From the NCBI GenBank assembly GCA_965207735.1, contig OZ242296.1:3904001-3968000 (forward strand): a DNA stretch of 64,000 bases, read 5' to 3'. The position numbers and the translations under genes are program-made. Source of the DNA: Candidatus Versatilivorator sp. Its GTDB lineage: Bacteria > Acidobacteriota > Terriglobia > Versatilivoradales > Versatilivoraceae. This document shows, in pieces, positions 9,146 to 18,565 of the stretch; position 1 is the first letter of the stretch, and the number at the start of each line of letters is the position of its first letter. The notes beneath the pieces were generated by a model. The model was not told where the DNA came from. It searched no databases and saw nothing but the letters and a program-made list of their open reading frames with translations.

Positions 9146-10445
9146 AGAGAGTCCTGGCAGTCCAGGAATCGGGGAGGACGATGGTGTGTTCCCGATCGGG
9201 ACCTGTCGAGATGAAGGAGCATTCCGTCTGGGTGATGTCTGACAAAATTTTCAGATAGTCTCTTGCCTTCACCGGCAACTCGTCGTAGTCCCGCATGCCT
9301 GCCGTCGGACTTTGCCAGCCGGGGACCGACTTGTAGATCGGTTTGACGGCTTCCAGGACCTTGATCTCCGGCGGAAATTCCTTGAGTCGGCAGCCCCGGT
9401 AGTCATATCCCGTACAGACCAGTATCTGTTCGAATTCGTCCAGGACATCCAGCTTGGTGATGACGATGGCCTGCAGGTTGTTCAGGACGGCCGCATAGAA
9501 GGTCGCAACCCCATCGAACCATCCGCAGCGGCGGGGTCGGCCCGTAGAGGCTCCGAATTCGGCTCCCCGTCTTCGGATTTCGTCTCCGATGGTACCGTTG
9601 GCTTCGGTGGGGAAGGGGCCCCCGCCGACTCGGGTGGTGTAGGCCTTGGCAATTCCGATCACTCCCGTAATCCAGGAGGGGGCTACCCCGGATCCCACAC
9701 AAGCCGCCCCGGCAGTGGCATTCGAAGAGGTGACATAGGGGTAGGTTCCGTGGTCGACGTCGAGGAGCGTCCCCTGGGCGCCTTCGAACAACACCCGTTT
9801 GCCGCGCCGGATATGATCGTTCAGGAAAAAGGCCGTATCCACCACGAATTCCTTCAGCCGTTGACCATATTGCAGGTACTCCTCGTAGATCTTCCCGGCA
9901 TCCAGGGGGGGACCTCCATACAGGGATTGAATCAGGCAGTTCTTCTCTCGGGTAAGCTCGAAGATCGTCTCCCTCAGAGTCTCCGCATCGAAGAGATCGA
10001 CCACTCTCAAGCCCCGCCGGCCCGATTTGTCTTCGTAGGCGGGTCCGATCCCCCGGGAGGTGGTCCCGATCTTCTTGGCCCCCCGGGCCTCCTCGGCGGC
10101 CTGCTCGACGGCACGGTGATAGGGCAGGATCAAGTGGGCGCGGTTACTGACGAAGAGGTTTCCCCGGACCTGGATGCCGGCTTGCTCCAGCATGTCGAGC
10201 TCTTCAAAAAAGGCCTTGGGGTCGAGGACGACGCCCGGTCCGATGACGCACAGCCGGCCCCCGTGAAGAATTCCCGAGGGAATCAGGTGCAGGATGAACT
10301 GCTTGCCGTTGATGGTCACGGTGTGACCGGCATTGTGTCCCCCCTGGTACCTGGCGACGATGTCGAATTTCTCGGTCAGCAGGTCGACGATCTTCCCCTT
10401 GCCCTCATCTCCCCACTGGGCGCCGATAATGATGATGTTGGCCAT
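9144..10445 (-). CDS. purA: Adenylosuccinate synthetase
   Basis: GAQWGDEGKGK, GGHNAGHT, EGAQG, TGRPRRCGW. Confidence 0.98.
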   Translation of the reverse strand: MANIIIIGAQWGDEGKGKIVDLLTEKFDIVARYQGGHNAGHTVTINGKQFILHLIPSGILHGGRLCVIGPGVVLDPKAFFEELDMLEQAGIQVRGNLFVSNRAHLILPYHRAVEQAAEEARGAKKIGTTSRGIGPAYEDKSGRRGLRVVDLFDAETLRETIFELTREKNCLIQSLYGGPPLDAGKIYEEYLQYGQRLKEFVVDTAFFLNDHIRRGKRVLFEGAQGTLLDVDHGTYPYVTSSNATAGAACVGSGVAPSWITGVIGIAKAYTTRVGGGPFPTEANGTIGDEIRRRGAEFGASTGRPRRCGWFDGVATFYAAVLNNLQAIVITKLDVLDEFEQILVCTGYDYRGCRLKEFPPEIKVLEAVKPIYKSVPGWQSPTAGMRDYDELPVKARDYLKILSDITQTECSFISTGPDREHTIVLPDSWTARTL

Positions 10446-10565
10446 TGCCTCTGTCCGTTTGAATAGCGGCTCCAGGCAAATTCTCCGGCAGCCGCTTCAG
10501 GATTCCCCCGGTCCGTTTCGGCGGGGCGGGAAAGCGGTCCGGAACTACCGAACCGGTCCTTCCCG

Positions 10566-12014
10566 TTATTGTCTCCCCTGGTCCCGCGTGGCGATCAGGG
10601 AGCGATACAGTTCCAGGTAGCTGCGCGCGGCAGCCTCCCAGGAAAAATCCATTCCCATGCAGTTGTCTGCCAGGTCTCTCCAGCGTTGGGGCGAACGATA
10701 GACTTGCAGGGCCCGACGCATCGCCTGCAGCAACTCGCCGGAATCATAGTTGCTGAACTTGAATCCGTTGCCGCTGCCGTCCTCCCGATAATCCTCGATG
10801 GTGTCATCGAGACCGCCGGTGGCTCTCACCACTGGAACGGTGCCGTATTTCAACGAGTAAATCTGATTGAGCCCGCAGGGTTCGTAGCGGGAAGGCATGA
10901 GAAAGAGATCGGCCCCCGCCTCGACCTTATGGGCCAAGGCGTCATGATACATAATTTTGACGGAGACATAGTTGGGGAATTTCCGTTGGAGGCCCCGAAA
11001 GAAGCGGGCGTATCGCTCTTCGCCCGTACCCAGCACCACCAGGGAAAAGCCCTCGGCGATGAATTTCGGGGCGGCATGGGGAAGCAGGTCGAACCCCTTC
11101 TGACCGGTCAGGCGGGAAACGATCCCGACCAGGGGACGGCGGTCATCCCGGGGCAGGCCGTAAGTCGCCAGCAGATCCCGTTTGCAGGCCTGTTTGCCTT
11201 CCAGGGAATGGACCGAATAGTTGGAAGCCAGGTGGGGATCGGTTGCGGGGTTCCATTGATCGTAGTCGGCGCCGTTCAAGATTCCGGTCAGCTCCCCGGC
11301 TCTTGTCCGTAGCACACCGTCCAGACCCGCTCCATATTCCGGGGTGAGAATCTCGCGGCTGTATTTCTTGCTGACCGTGTTGATCTTGTCGGCAAAGACC
11401 AGTCCCGCTTTCAGGAAGTTCAGTTTTCCCGACAGCTCGAGCTCCGCGGGGTTCAACCGAGGGTTGGACAGGGAGACCCTGCGCAGCGTCGACCTCGGGA
11501 ACCTTCCCTGATAGGCCAGATTGTGGATGGTCAGGAGCGTGCGGGTGCGGCGAAAAAAGGAATCGGCAGCATAGATCGTTTTCAGATAGGCCGGGATGAG
11601 GGCGGTGTGCCAGTCGTGGCAATGAATCACGTCGGGCGGGGTAGGGGAGCGTTTGGCAAGCTCCAGAGCAGCCAGGGAAAGCAGAGCAAAGCGTTCGGCA
11701 TTGTCCGGATGTTCCCGTTGGCCCGCCAGGTACAAGCCGTCTCGATCATAATATGGCGGGTAGTCGATGAAGAAAAATCTGACTTGACGGCGGGTGACTG
11801 TATAGACGGGACAGAACCTCAGCCGGTCTCCCAGGGGAACCGTGAGGCTGGCAATGCGCCGCCGCCCGGCTTCGATCCCTCGATAGCGGGGCAGGACCAC
11901 CGAAACCTCCTGACCGAGCTGCCGGAGCCGCTTGGGCAGGGCGCCCAGAACATCGCCCAACCCCCCGGTCTTGGCCCAGGGGACCACCTCTGAAGCGACG
12001 AACACAATGCGCAT
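10566..12014 (-). CDS. glgA: Glycogen synthase
   Basis: MRIVFVASE, KTGGLGDV, HCHDWH, MPSRYEPCGLNQ; start trimmed from the longer ORF. Confidence 0.95.
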   Translation of the reverse strand: MRIVFVASEVVPWAKTGGLGDVLGALPKRLRQLGQEVSVVLPRYRGIEAGRRRIASLTVPLGDRLRFCPVYTVTRRQVRFFFIDYPPYYDRDGLYLAGQREHPDNAERFALLSLAALELAKRSPTPPDVIHCHDWHTALIPAYLKTIYAADSFFRRTRTLLTIHNLAYQGRFPRSTLRRVSLSNPRLNPAELELSGKLNFLKAGLVFADKINTVSKKYSREILTPEYGAGLDGVLRTRAGELTGILNGADYDQWNPATDPHLASNYSVHSLEGKQACKRDLLATYGLPRDDRRPLVGIVSRLTGQKGFDLLPHAAPKFIAEGFSLVVLGTGEERYARFFRGLQRKFPNYVSVKIMYHDALAHKVEAGADLFLMPSRYEPCGLNQIYSLKYGTVPVVRATGGLDDTIEDYREDGSGNGFKFSNYDSGELLQAMRRALQVYRSPQRWRDLADNCMGMDFSWEAAARSYLELYRSLIATRDQGRQ

Positions 12015-12164
12015 GGCGCCCTTTCTTGATCCATCCGACTCTACCGGGTTAAGCTCACCTGAGACAAACGGCTGTGAACCGTCCGCTTGGCTGTCCGACC
12101 GGTGGGCCGGGAAGACAGGAGCCGGATAGAACAAACAGTTCAGACTACTAGGTCTCAACCATCG

Positions 12165-12998
12165 ATGCAACAGCAAGCCGTGCGGGCCAAAAAGAGGCTG
12201 GGACAACACTTCCTGCGCCACCCTTCCCTGGCCAGGAAGATCGTGGTTGGCCTGGGTATGGAAGAGGGCGACACTGTCCTGGAGATCGGGTGCGGTACCG
12301 GCGCCTTGACCGGGAACCTGGTTGGACTGGGCTGCCACTATATCGGGGTAGAGGTGGATGCCGTTCTCTGTTCGCAATTGCGGCGGCGATTCGGCGGTCC
12401 CGGGATCGAATTCCTCAATCGCGACATCCTGACCCTGCACCTGGGCGAGCTTCGCAAGCGCCATGCCAACGGGAGTTTCAAAGTCGTGGGAAACCTCCCT
12501 TACGCCATTTCGTCCCCGATACTGCAGCATATCGCCCGCCACGCCGGTGTCATCGACCTGGCTGTGGTCATGTTGCAAGCCGAGGTAGCCGATCGTCTGG
12601 CGGCCAGCCCCGGCGGACGGGACTATGGAGTGCTGTCTCTGATCGTCCAGTACCATTTCCGTCCCGTGCCGCTTTTTTTAGTTCCACCGCAGGCTTTCAA
12701 GCCCAAACCCAAAGTGGACTCCAAGGTGGTACGTCTGGTTCCCCGGTCCCACCGCCCCTTGAGGCCCGCGGAGGAGAGCCTTTTCTTCGGATTCGTCAAG
12801 CAGGCATTCTCCCAGAGGCGAAAGACTTTCAGGAATTGCCTCGGTGAGGTCCAGCCGGAAGCCTGGGCGCGGATGGACGAAACCTTGCGGGAACTCGGCT
12901 ATCCCGAAACGGTTCGCGCAGAGAAGATTTCCCTGGCCCACTTCCTGCAACTCTTTGGCTCGTTCCGGGGGAGCAGCCGACCCTTGGATTTCCAGTGA
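12165..12998 (+). CDS. rsmA: 16S rRNA adenine dimethyltransferase
   Basis: KKRLGQHFL, VLEIGCGTG, VVGNLPY, QRRKT. Confidence 0.95.
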   Translation: MQQQAVRAKKRLGQHFLRHPSLARKIVVGLGMEEGDTVLEIGCGTGALTGNLVGLGCHYIGVEVDAVLCSQLRRRFGGPGIEFLNRDILTLHLGELRKRHANGSFKVVGNLPYAISSPILQHIARHAGVIDLAVVMLQAEVADRLAASPGGRDYGVLSLIVQYHFRPVPLFLVPPQAFKPKPKVDSKVVRLVPRSHRPLRPAEESLFFGFVKQAFSQRRKTFRNCLGEVQPEAWARMDETLRELGYPETVRAEKISLAHFLQLFGSFRGSSRPLDFQ

Positions 12999-13225
12999 AT
13001 GGTATCTCCGGGCCGAACGGGTGCGATTGGCCAGCTCTTCGAACCCTGACGAGACCGGCCCCGGCGTGCGGGTCATTCCGAGGGGAAACAGCCAGCCGTA
13101 TTCGTTTTGGAAATGAAGACGAACCACGAATGAACGCGAATATACACGAATACGGGTGGAGCTCCTTCAATGACGAGCAGCGCCCGAATGCTTCTGCATT
13201 ATTGTGACGTTGGTGTCACGACGTC

Positions 13226-13543
13226 ATGGGAGGAAGCCCACCCGGGAGCGCGGGCGTCCCGCCCGCACAAATCCTGGTATAGCCTCACCCATCTCCTCGA
13301 CCGGGATCGAACGGCAACGGCGCAGGACTCTGCTTCGGCCGGGCCCATGCGATTTCCACCGGCAGGGGGGCGGACTGCCGCATCTCAGGGAAACTGAGCG
13401 GCAACCCAAGGGACAGGATTAATAGGAGCAGAGGCCGCTGCACGGGACGCTGACTGGGAATCGGGGCGTTGGGCACAGCCAAGGCCCGCCACGGGGAAGA
13501 TCAATCGAGAAGGACAATAAATTGAACATGGATGCACAGGATA
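13226..13543 (+). repeat. Non-coding repeat containing a REP-like GC hairpin; inverted copy at 27419-27737
   Basis: GGGAGCGCGGGCGTCCCGCCCGCAC and ~300 bp following align with the reverse complement of 27419-27737. Confidence 0.8.
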
Positions 13544-13973
13544 ACCAGGACGGGACGCTACGCACGAAACGCTGACTCCGGCGATGATCGTGTGCGGATT
13601 TGCGGATGTCCAGGAATACAAGCCGGCCGTCTCCGGAAAAAATCCTGCGCATCCTGTGCATCCAGGTGAACCAAAAATCTACCCGTGCTTGACTTGGAAC
13701 CGGTTTCCAGCCACCCGGCGCAGCGGGTTGTTTCAGACAAGTCCCGCCCCCGCCTTGGTGTGCGGATCATACATAGAGTGAAACAATCGGAAATCGATCA
13801 TCCCTTCGCGACCTTGGTATCCCGTCGCGGCCAACCTCAGCGCCTTAGTGTCCCTTCGTGGTCCTTCGTGCCCCTTCGTGGATAAGTCTTTTTTCTTTTG
13901 TCTATTGTCGGTTGTTTCAGACAAGTCCCGCCCCCGCCCCCCACGACGGGCGGATCATTCGAGGGTGAAACAA

Positions 13974-14170
13974 CGGATCATTGTGAAAGAATAAGCACCT
14001 GGCGAGACTCCGGCAGCTACGCCCCGTTCCAGCATTGGTGCCCCGTGCCCCAAGACAAGTCTGGGTCCGAGCAGGTCATCATTCATTAGTGAGGCTTCCC
14101 GGGAAGCTCTCCTCAAGGCAAGAATCCGAACGACCACGCCAACTCGGGCCGGAGCCCTCGCCCTGGAGGA
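13974..14170 (+). ncRNA. Candidate bridge/seek RNA of the IS110 element
   Basis: Position typical of IS110 guide RNAs; hairpin CTTCCCGGGAAG; contains AGACAAGTC and AGGCAAG, which also occur at the element junctions; boundaries inferred. Confidence 0.5.
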
Positions 14171-14180
14171 GGCCAATCTC

Positions 14181-15587
14181 ATGCAAAAGAGCAGGAAAGT
14201 CAACACGAAGGCGAAGAAGACCCCGAAGAAGAAGCGCAGCCGTTCGACAGCCTTGTCGCGGATCCACCCCGAGGTGGCAGGGATCGACCTGGGGAGTCGG
14301 GAGCACTGGGTGTGCGCTCCGGAGGTGACCCCAGGGAAGCCGAACGTGCGCACCTTCGGCACCACCATGGAGCAGTTGCAGCAACTGGCCGACTGGTTGC
14401 TGGAGCAAGGGGTGGAGTCGGTGGCGATGGAGAGCACCAACGTGTATTGGATTCCCCTCTACGAACTGCTGGAGTCCTGCGGCATCGAGGTCTTGCTGGT
14501 CAACGCCCGGCAGTTGCGCTACGTTCCGGGCCGCAAGACCGACATGCGGGACTGCCAGTGGATCCAGTTGCTGCACAGTTGCGGCTTGCTGCGGGGATCC
14601 TTCCGTCCGCACGAGGCGATCGTCCGGGTTCGGACCCTGCACCGGCAACTGAGCACTCTGGGGGCCGAGAGTACCCGCTTTGTGCAGTGGATGCAGAAGG
14701 CGCTGGATCAGATGAACGTCCAGATCCATCGTGCGGTCACCGATCTGACCGGTCAGACGGGGATGGCGATCGTGCGGGCGATTGTCGACGGCGAACGGGA
14801 CCCGGTCCGTCTGGCGGGTCTGCGGGACCGACGGTGCAAGAAGTCCAGCCGGGAGTTTGCCGAGCACCTCAGAGGCAACTGGCGAGAAGAGCATCTGTTC
14901 AACCTCAAGTCGGCGCTGAAGCTCTACGACATGACTCAACGCGAGATTGCGGCCTATGAGGCCCGCATCCTGGAGGAAATCCAGGCGCTGCAACCGGTGG
15001 AGCGCCACGACCAGCCCGTGCCGAAGCATCCCAATGCGATCAAGGAAAAGGCGATTCGCCGCCGCGGTGGGCACCACCTGCGCACCGAACTGTGGCGCTT
15101 TGCCGGAGTCGATCTGACGCGTATCGACGGCATCGGCACCGAAGCGGCCCTGACCCTGCTGACTGAGGCCGGCCTCGACCTGACGGCCTTCCCCTCGGAG
15201 AAGCACTTTGTATCCTGGCTGCGCCTGGCTCCAAAAACGGCCGTCTCCGCAGGCAAGCCGCTCCACTACAAGAAGGCCAACAGCACCGGGTCTACTCGCG
15301 CCGCCGCCGTCCTGCGCATGGCAGCCGTCTCTCTGAAGCACTCCAAGACCGCTCTGGGGGCCGCCTTCCGTCGCAAGGCCCGCCACAAGGGATGGAGTGT
15401 CGCCGTCTTCTCCATGGCCCGCCGGCTGGCCGTTCTCGTCTACCGCATGCTGCGCTACGGCCAGGACTACATCGACATCGGGGAAGCGTGCTACGAGGAC
15501 CGGTTCCGGCGACGACGCCTCGCGGGCCTCAAAGATGCCGCTAAGTCTCTTGGTTTCAACCTGGTTCCACAAATCGCAGCCGCTTGA
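14181..15587 (+). CDS. IS110 family transposase/recombinase
   Basis: DEDD residues in GIDLG, AMEST, KTDMRD; C-terminal SAGK serine motif; RBS GGAGG. Confidence 0.95.
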   Translation: MQKSRKVNTKAKKTPKKKRSRSTALSRIHPEVAGIDLGSREHWVCAPEVTPGKPNVRTFGTTMEQLQQLADWLLEQGVESVAMESTNVYWIPLYELLESCGIEVLLVNARQLRYVPGRKTDMRDCQWIQLLHSCGLLRGSFRPHEAIVRVRTLHRQLSTLGAESTRFVQWMQKALDQMNVQIHRAVTDLTGQTGMAIVRAIVDGERDPVRLAGLRDRRCKKSSREFAEHLRGNWREEHLFNLKSALKLYDMTQREIAAYEARILEEIQALQPVERHDQPVPKHPNAIKEKAIRRRGGHHLRTELWRFAGVDLTRIDGIGTEAALTLLTEAGLDLTAFPSEKHFVSWLRLAPKTAVSAGKPLHYKKANSTGSTRAAAVLRMAAVSLKHSKTALGAAFRRKARHKGWSVAVFSMARRLAVLVYRMLRYGQDYIDIGEACYEDRFRRRRLAGLKDAAKSLGFNLVPQIAAA

Positions 15588-16090
15588 ACTGCGGGGTTGT
15601 TTCAGGCAAGCGGGGCCCCTTCCCTGTCGGGCAGATCATCCGAGGGTGAAACAATCAGAAATCGACAATCCTTTCGCGACCTTGGTATCCCGTCGCGGCC
15701 AACCTCAGCGCCTTAGTGTCCCTTCGTCGTTCTTCGTGCCCCTTCGTGGATAAGTCTTTTTTCTTTTGTCTTTTTTCGGTTGTTTCAGACAAGCCGAACC
15801 CCCACCCTGGTGTGCGGATCATACATAGAGTGAAACAATCGGAAATCGACCATCCCTTCGCGACCTGGGCATCCCGTCGCGGTTAACCTCAACGCCTTAG
15901 TGGCCCTTCGTCGTCCTTCGTGTCCCTTCGTGGATAGCTCTTTTTCTTTTGTCTTTTTTCGTTTGTTTCAGCCAAGAAAGGGGGCGGGGCGTCTTTGCAT
16001 CCGAACCCCTGCAGGTTATATTACACCTCCCGGTTCAGGGGTCGGACGGTAGTCATTCCATAGGCAGGCTCAAAAACAACGAGGTTAGAG

Positions 16091-17041
16091 GTGTCAGATC
16101 GAGTCGAAAAACTTGTGATTGTGGGTTCGGGTCCCGCGGGGCATACGGCCGCCATCTATTCCGCGCGGGCCGATCTCTCCCCCTTGATGTATGAGGGATT
16201 CATGGCAGGCGGCGTGGCGGCCGGAGGTCAGTTGACCACCACCAACGATGTCGAAAACTATCCGGGCTTCCCCGAGGGTATTAACGGGCCGGAAATGATG
16301 GACCTGTTCCGCCAACAGTCGCTGCGTTTCGGCACCCGTATTCTTACGGAGACGGTGGAGAAGGTGGATCTGGGCCGCCGTCCCTTCCGGGTGATGACTT
16401 CCAGCGGGGAAACCTTGACCGAGACCCTGATTGTGGCCACCGGCGCCACGGCCCGGCGCCTGGGCATCCCCGGAGAGGAACACTACTGGCAGCAGGGCAT
16501 TTCCGCCTGCGCCGTATGTGACGGCGCCCTCCCCATATACCGCAACAAGGTGTTGATGGTCATCGGTGGAGGGGATACCGCGGTAGAGGAGGCCACCCAT
16601 CTGACCAAGTTCGGGACCGAGGTCGTCGTGGTTCATCGCAGGGACACCTTGAGAGCCTCCAAGATCATGCAGCAGCGTCTGCTTTCCCATCCCAAGATCC
16701 GGATGCAATGGAGTGCGGTGGCGGAAGAGGCCCTGGGCGACGATGCGCTCAAGAGCGTTCGCATTCGCAACGTCAAGTCGAATGAAACCAATGTGATAGA
16801 GGCCGAGGGACTCTTTTACGCCATCGGGCACGTTCCCAACACGAGCTTCCTGGACGGACAGCTCGAACTGGACGACACCGGCTACATCGTGACCACCCCG
16901 GGGACCACCCGAACCTCGGTCGAGGGTGTATTTGCCGCCGGCGACGTCCAGGACAAGGTGTGGCGCCAGGCTGTCACAGCGGCCGGAACGGGATGCATGG
17001 CCGCGTTGGAGGCCGAGCGCTTTCTGGTGGAGCAGGCCTGA
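16091..17041 (+). CDS. trxB: Thioredoxin-disulfide reductase
   Basis: GSGPAG, GGQL, CAVCDG, GGGDTA, FAAGDV. Confidence 0.96.
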   Translation: MSDRVEKLVIVGSGPAGHTAAIYSARADLSPLMYEGFMAGGVAAGGQLTTTNDVENYPGFPEGINGPEMMDLFRQQSLRFGTRILTETVEKVDLGRRPFRVMTSSGETLTETLIVATGATARRLGIPGEEHYWQQGISACAVCDGALPIYRNKVLMVIGGGDTAVEEATHLTKFGTEVVVVHRRDTLRASKIMQQRLLSHPKIRMQWSAVAEEALGDDALKSVRIRNVKSNETNVIEAEGLFYAIGHVPNTSFLDGQLELDDTGYIVTTPGTTRTSVEGVFAAGDVQDKVWRQAVTAAGTGCMAALEAERFLVEQA

Positions 17042-17170
17042 AAAGGACAGATGTACATGACTCTACCAAGCGGTAGAGGAGCGCCCGATAAAACCCTCCG
17101 TAAGTTGACCAGGGCATTGGAGAAGCGGTTGGGTTCCGACTGCCTGAATTAATCCACATTCCTCACCGGC

Positions 17171-17563
17171 TCAGGAAATGACGGCCGTGGCATTGATTTC
17201 GATCAGATAGTCGGGGTGCACCAGGCCCGCCACCTGAACCAGGGTGCTGGCCGGATAGTCGGCGCTCCAGAATTCAGCTCTCACCTCGTGAACGGCCTTC
17301 AGGTGTTCCATGTTCACCAGGAAGACGTTGATACAGGCAATGTCCTCCAGGGTGCCGCCGACAGGTTTCAGGGCGGCCAGGATGTTATGGAGCACCTGCC
17401 GGGTTTGCAGCCGGATGTCCCCTTTCCCTACCAGGCGCCCCTCGGCATCGATAGCTACCTGGCCGGAGATGAAGCACATGCGGCCCTGTCCCGCCAGGAC
17501 TGCGTTGGAAAAGATGCCGAATGGCCGGCAGAGAGTGGGGGGATTATGGACGGTCTTGCCCAT
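17171..17563 (-). CDS. RidA/YjgF family protein
   Basis: FISGQVA, YPASTLVQVAGL, IEINA; RBS AGGAGG before MGKTV. Confidence 0.9.
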   Translation of the reverse strand: MGKTVHNPPTLCRPFGIFSNAVLAGQGRMCFISGQVAIDAEGRLVGKGDIRLQTRQVLHNILAALKPVGGTLEDIACINVFLVNMEHLKAVHEVRAEFWSADYPASTLVQVAGLVHPDYLIEINATAVIS

Positions 17564-17744
17564 GCTTGTTTCCTCCTGTGACAGAGACTGATCGGAAATG
17601 CCGTCGCTGTAGTCGCGAGACCTCAGTCTAACCCAAACGCATCCCGGAAGGCCGGCCGGGGTGTCGTCCGGCCCGTCGAACGCCGCGAACGCCACCCAGA
17701 CCCGACCGCGCGAGCGGTCAGCCACCATTCCTGAAGGGACTTTC

Positions 17745-18536
17745 ATGTTTCCCTACTTTGAAGCTCCAGCCGTCAGACTGGGCCCCTTTACCTTGCACGC
17801 CTTCGGGGTGTTGGTTGCAGCCGCAATCCTGTTGGGCCGCTGGATGCTGGTGCGGCGAGCCAAGAAGAGAGGGCTGGACGAGGACACGACCTCCCGGCTT
17901 GTCCTCTGGATAGTCGCCGGCGGCCTGGCGGGAGCCCATCTGGTTGCCGTGACTCTCTCCGACCCGAGGGATGTATTGCAGGACCCGCTGGTCCTGATTC
18001 GACTGTGGGAGGGGCTGTCTTCGGTAGGTGGGATTGCAGCCGGGATCCTTGCCGGACTTTGGTGGATGCGGCGTTCCGGCTTGAGGCCCGCCGAGGTCCG
18101 GGTTTATCTGGATCAGGTCGCCTTTGTTTTCCCTTTTGCCTGGATCCTGGGGCGGGCCGGTTGTGCCGTGGCCCACGACCATCCGGGAATTCTCACCCAG
18201 GGGTGGTGGGCCGTACAGTATCCGGATGGCCCGCGCTTCGATCTGGGTCTATTGGAATTCTTCTACGCCCTGTTTCTGGCAGGCCTGTTTCAGTGGCTGG
18301 ATCGGCGTCCCAGGCAGGACGGCTTTTTTTTGGGCCTCTTTTTCGTACTCTACGGCCCGGTTCGCTTCTTTCTGGACGAGCTTCGAATCGGTGACGCCCG
18401 GTACCTGGGCTTCACGCCGGCACAGTATGGGTGTGTGGTGGCAGTAATTCTGGGCGTGATGGTCTTATTGAACTTGGGAGAGGGTTCCAGGCGAAAACGT
18501 CGCACATCCTGGAAGCGGAAGCAAGCGGTTGGTTGA
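17745..18536 (+). CDS. Prolipoprotein diacylglyceryl transferase family protein (divergent)
   Basis: LGRAGC, YGPVRFFLDELR, multi-TM; usual HGG and HPxQLYE motifs altered. Confidence 0.75.
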   Translation: MFPYFEAPAVRLGPFTLHAFGVLVAAAILLGRWMLVRRAKKRGLDEDTTSRLVLWIVAGGLAGAHLVAVTLSDPRDVLQDPLVLIRLWEGLSSVGGIAAGILAGLWWMRRSGLRPAEVRVYLDQVAFVFPFAWILGRAGCAVAHDHPGILTQGWWAVQYPDGPRFDLGLLEFFYALFLAGLFQWLDRRPRQDGFFLGLFFVLYGPVRFFLDELRIGDARYLGFTPAQYGCVVAVILGVMVLLNLGEGSRRKRRTSWKRKQAVG

Positions 18537-18565
18537 TCGGCAGGATGGGGCTGCCCGGATCGGCT

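Larger units (their letters stand above)
13912..15610 (+). mobile_element. IS110 family element with long left non-coding end
   Basis: Recombinase ORF, ~200 bp upstream non-coding region, sub-terminal TGAAACAAC/GTTGTTTCA; exact ends uncertain. Confidence 0.8.
13045..15976 (+). repeat. Head-to-tail array of units delimited by a conserved ~60 bp junction; one slot is the IS110 element
   Basis: Junction TTGTTTCAG(A/G)CAAG..C(G/A)GATCAT..GAG(A/G)GTGAAACAA at 13728, 13912, 15597, 15780; degenerate at ~13045-13091; half site at 15963. Confidence 0.8.

Noticed and set aside
13728-15976. CRISPR array
   Set aside because: Repeats are ~60 bp and imperfect, the intervening sequences are themselves repeated or kilobase-sized, and no cas genes are present
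13728-15976. Classical integron attC array
   Set aside because: No IntI gene, no gene cassettes and no clear RYYYAAC/GTTRRRY box pairs
17045-17165. HEARO/omegaRNA-like element (GTTGACCAG)
   Set aside because: Only one short word matches; no IscB ORF or supporting structure
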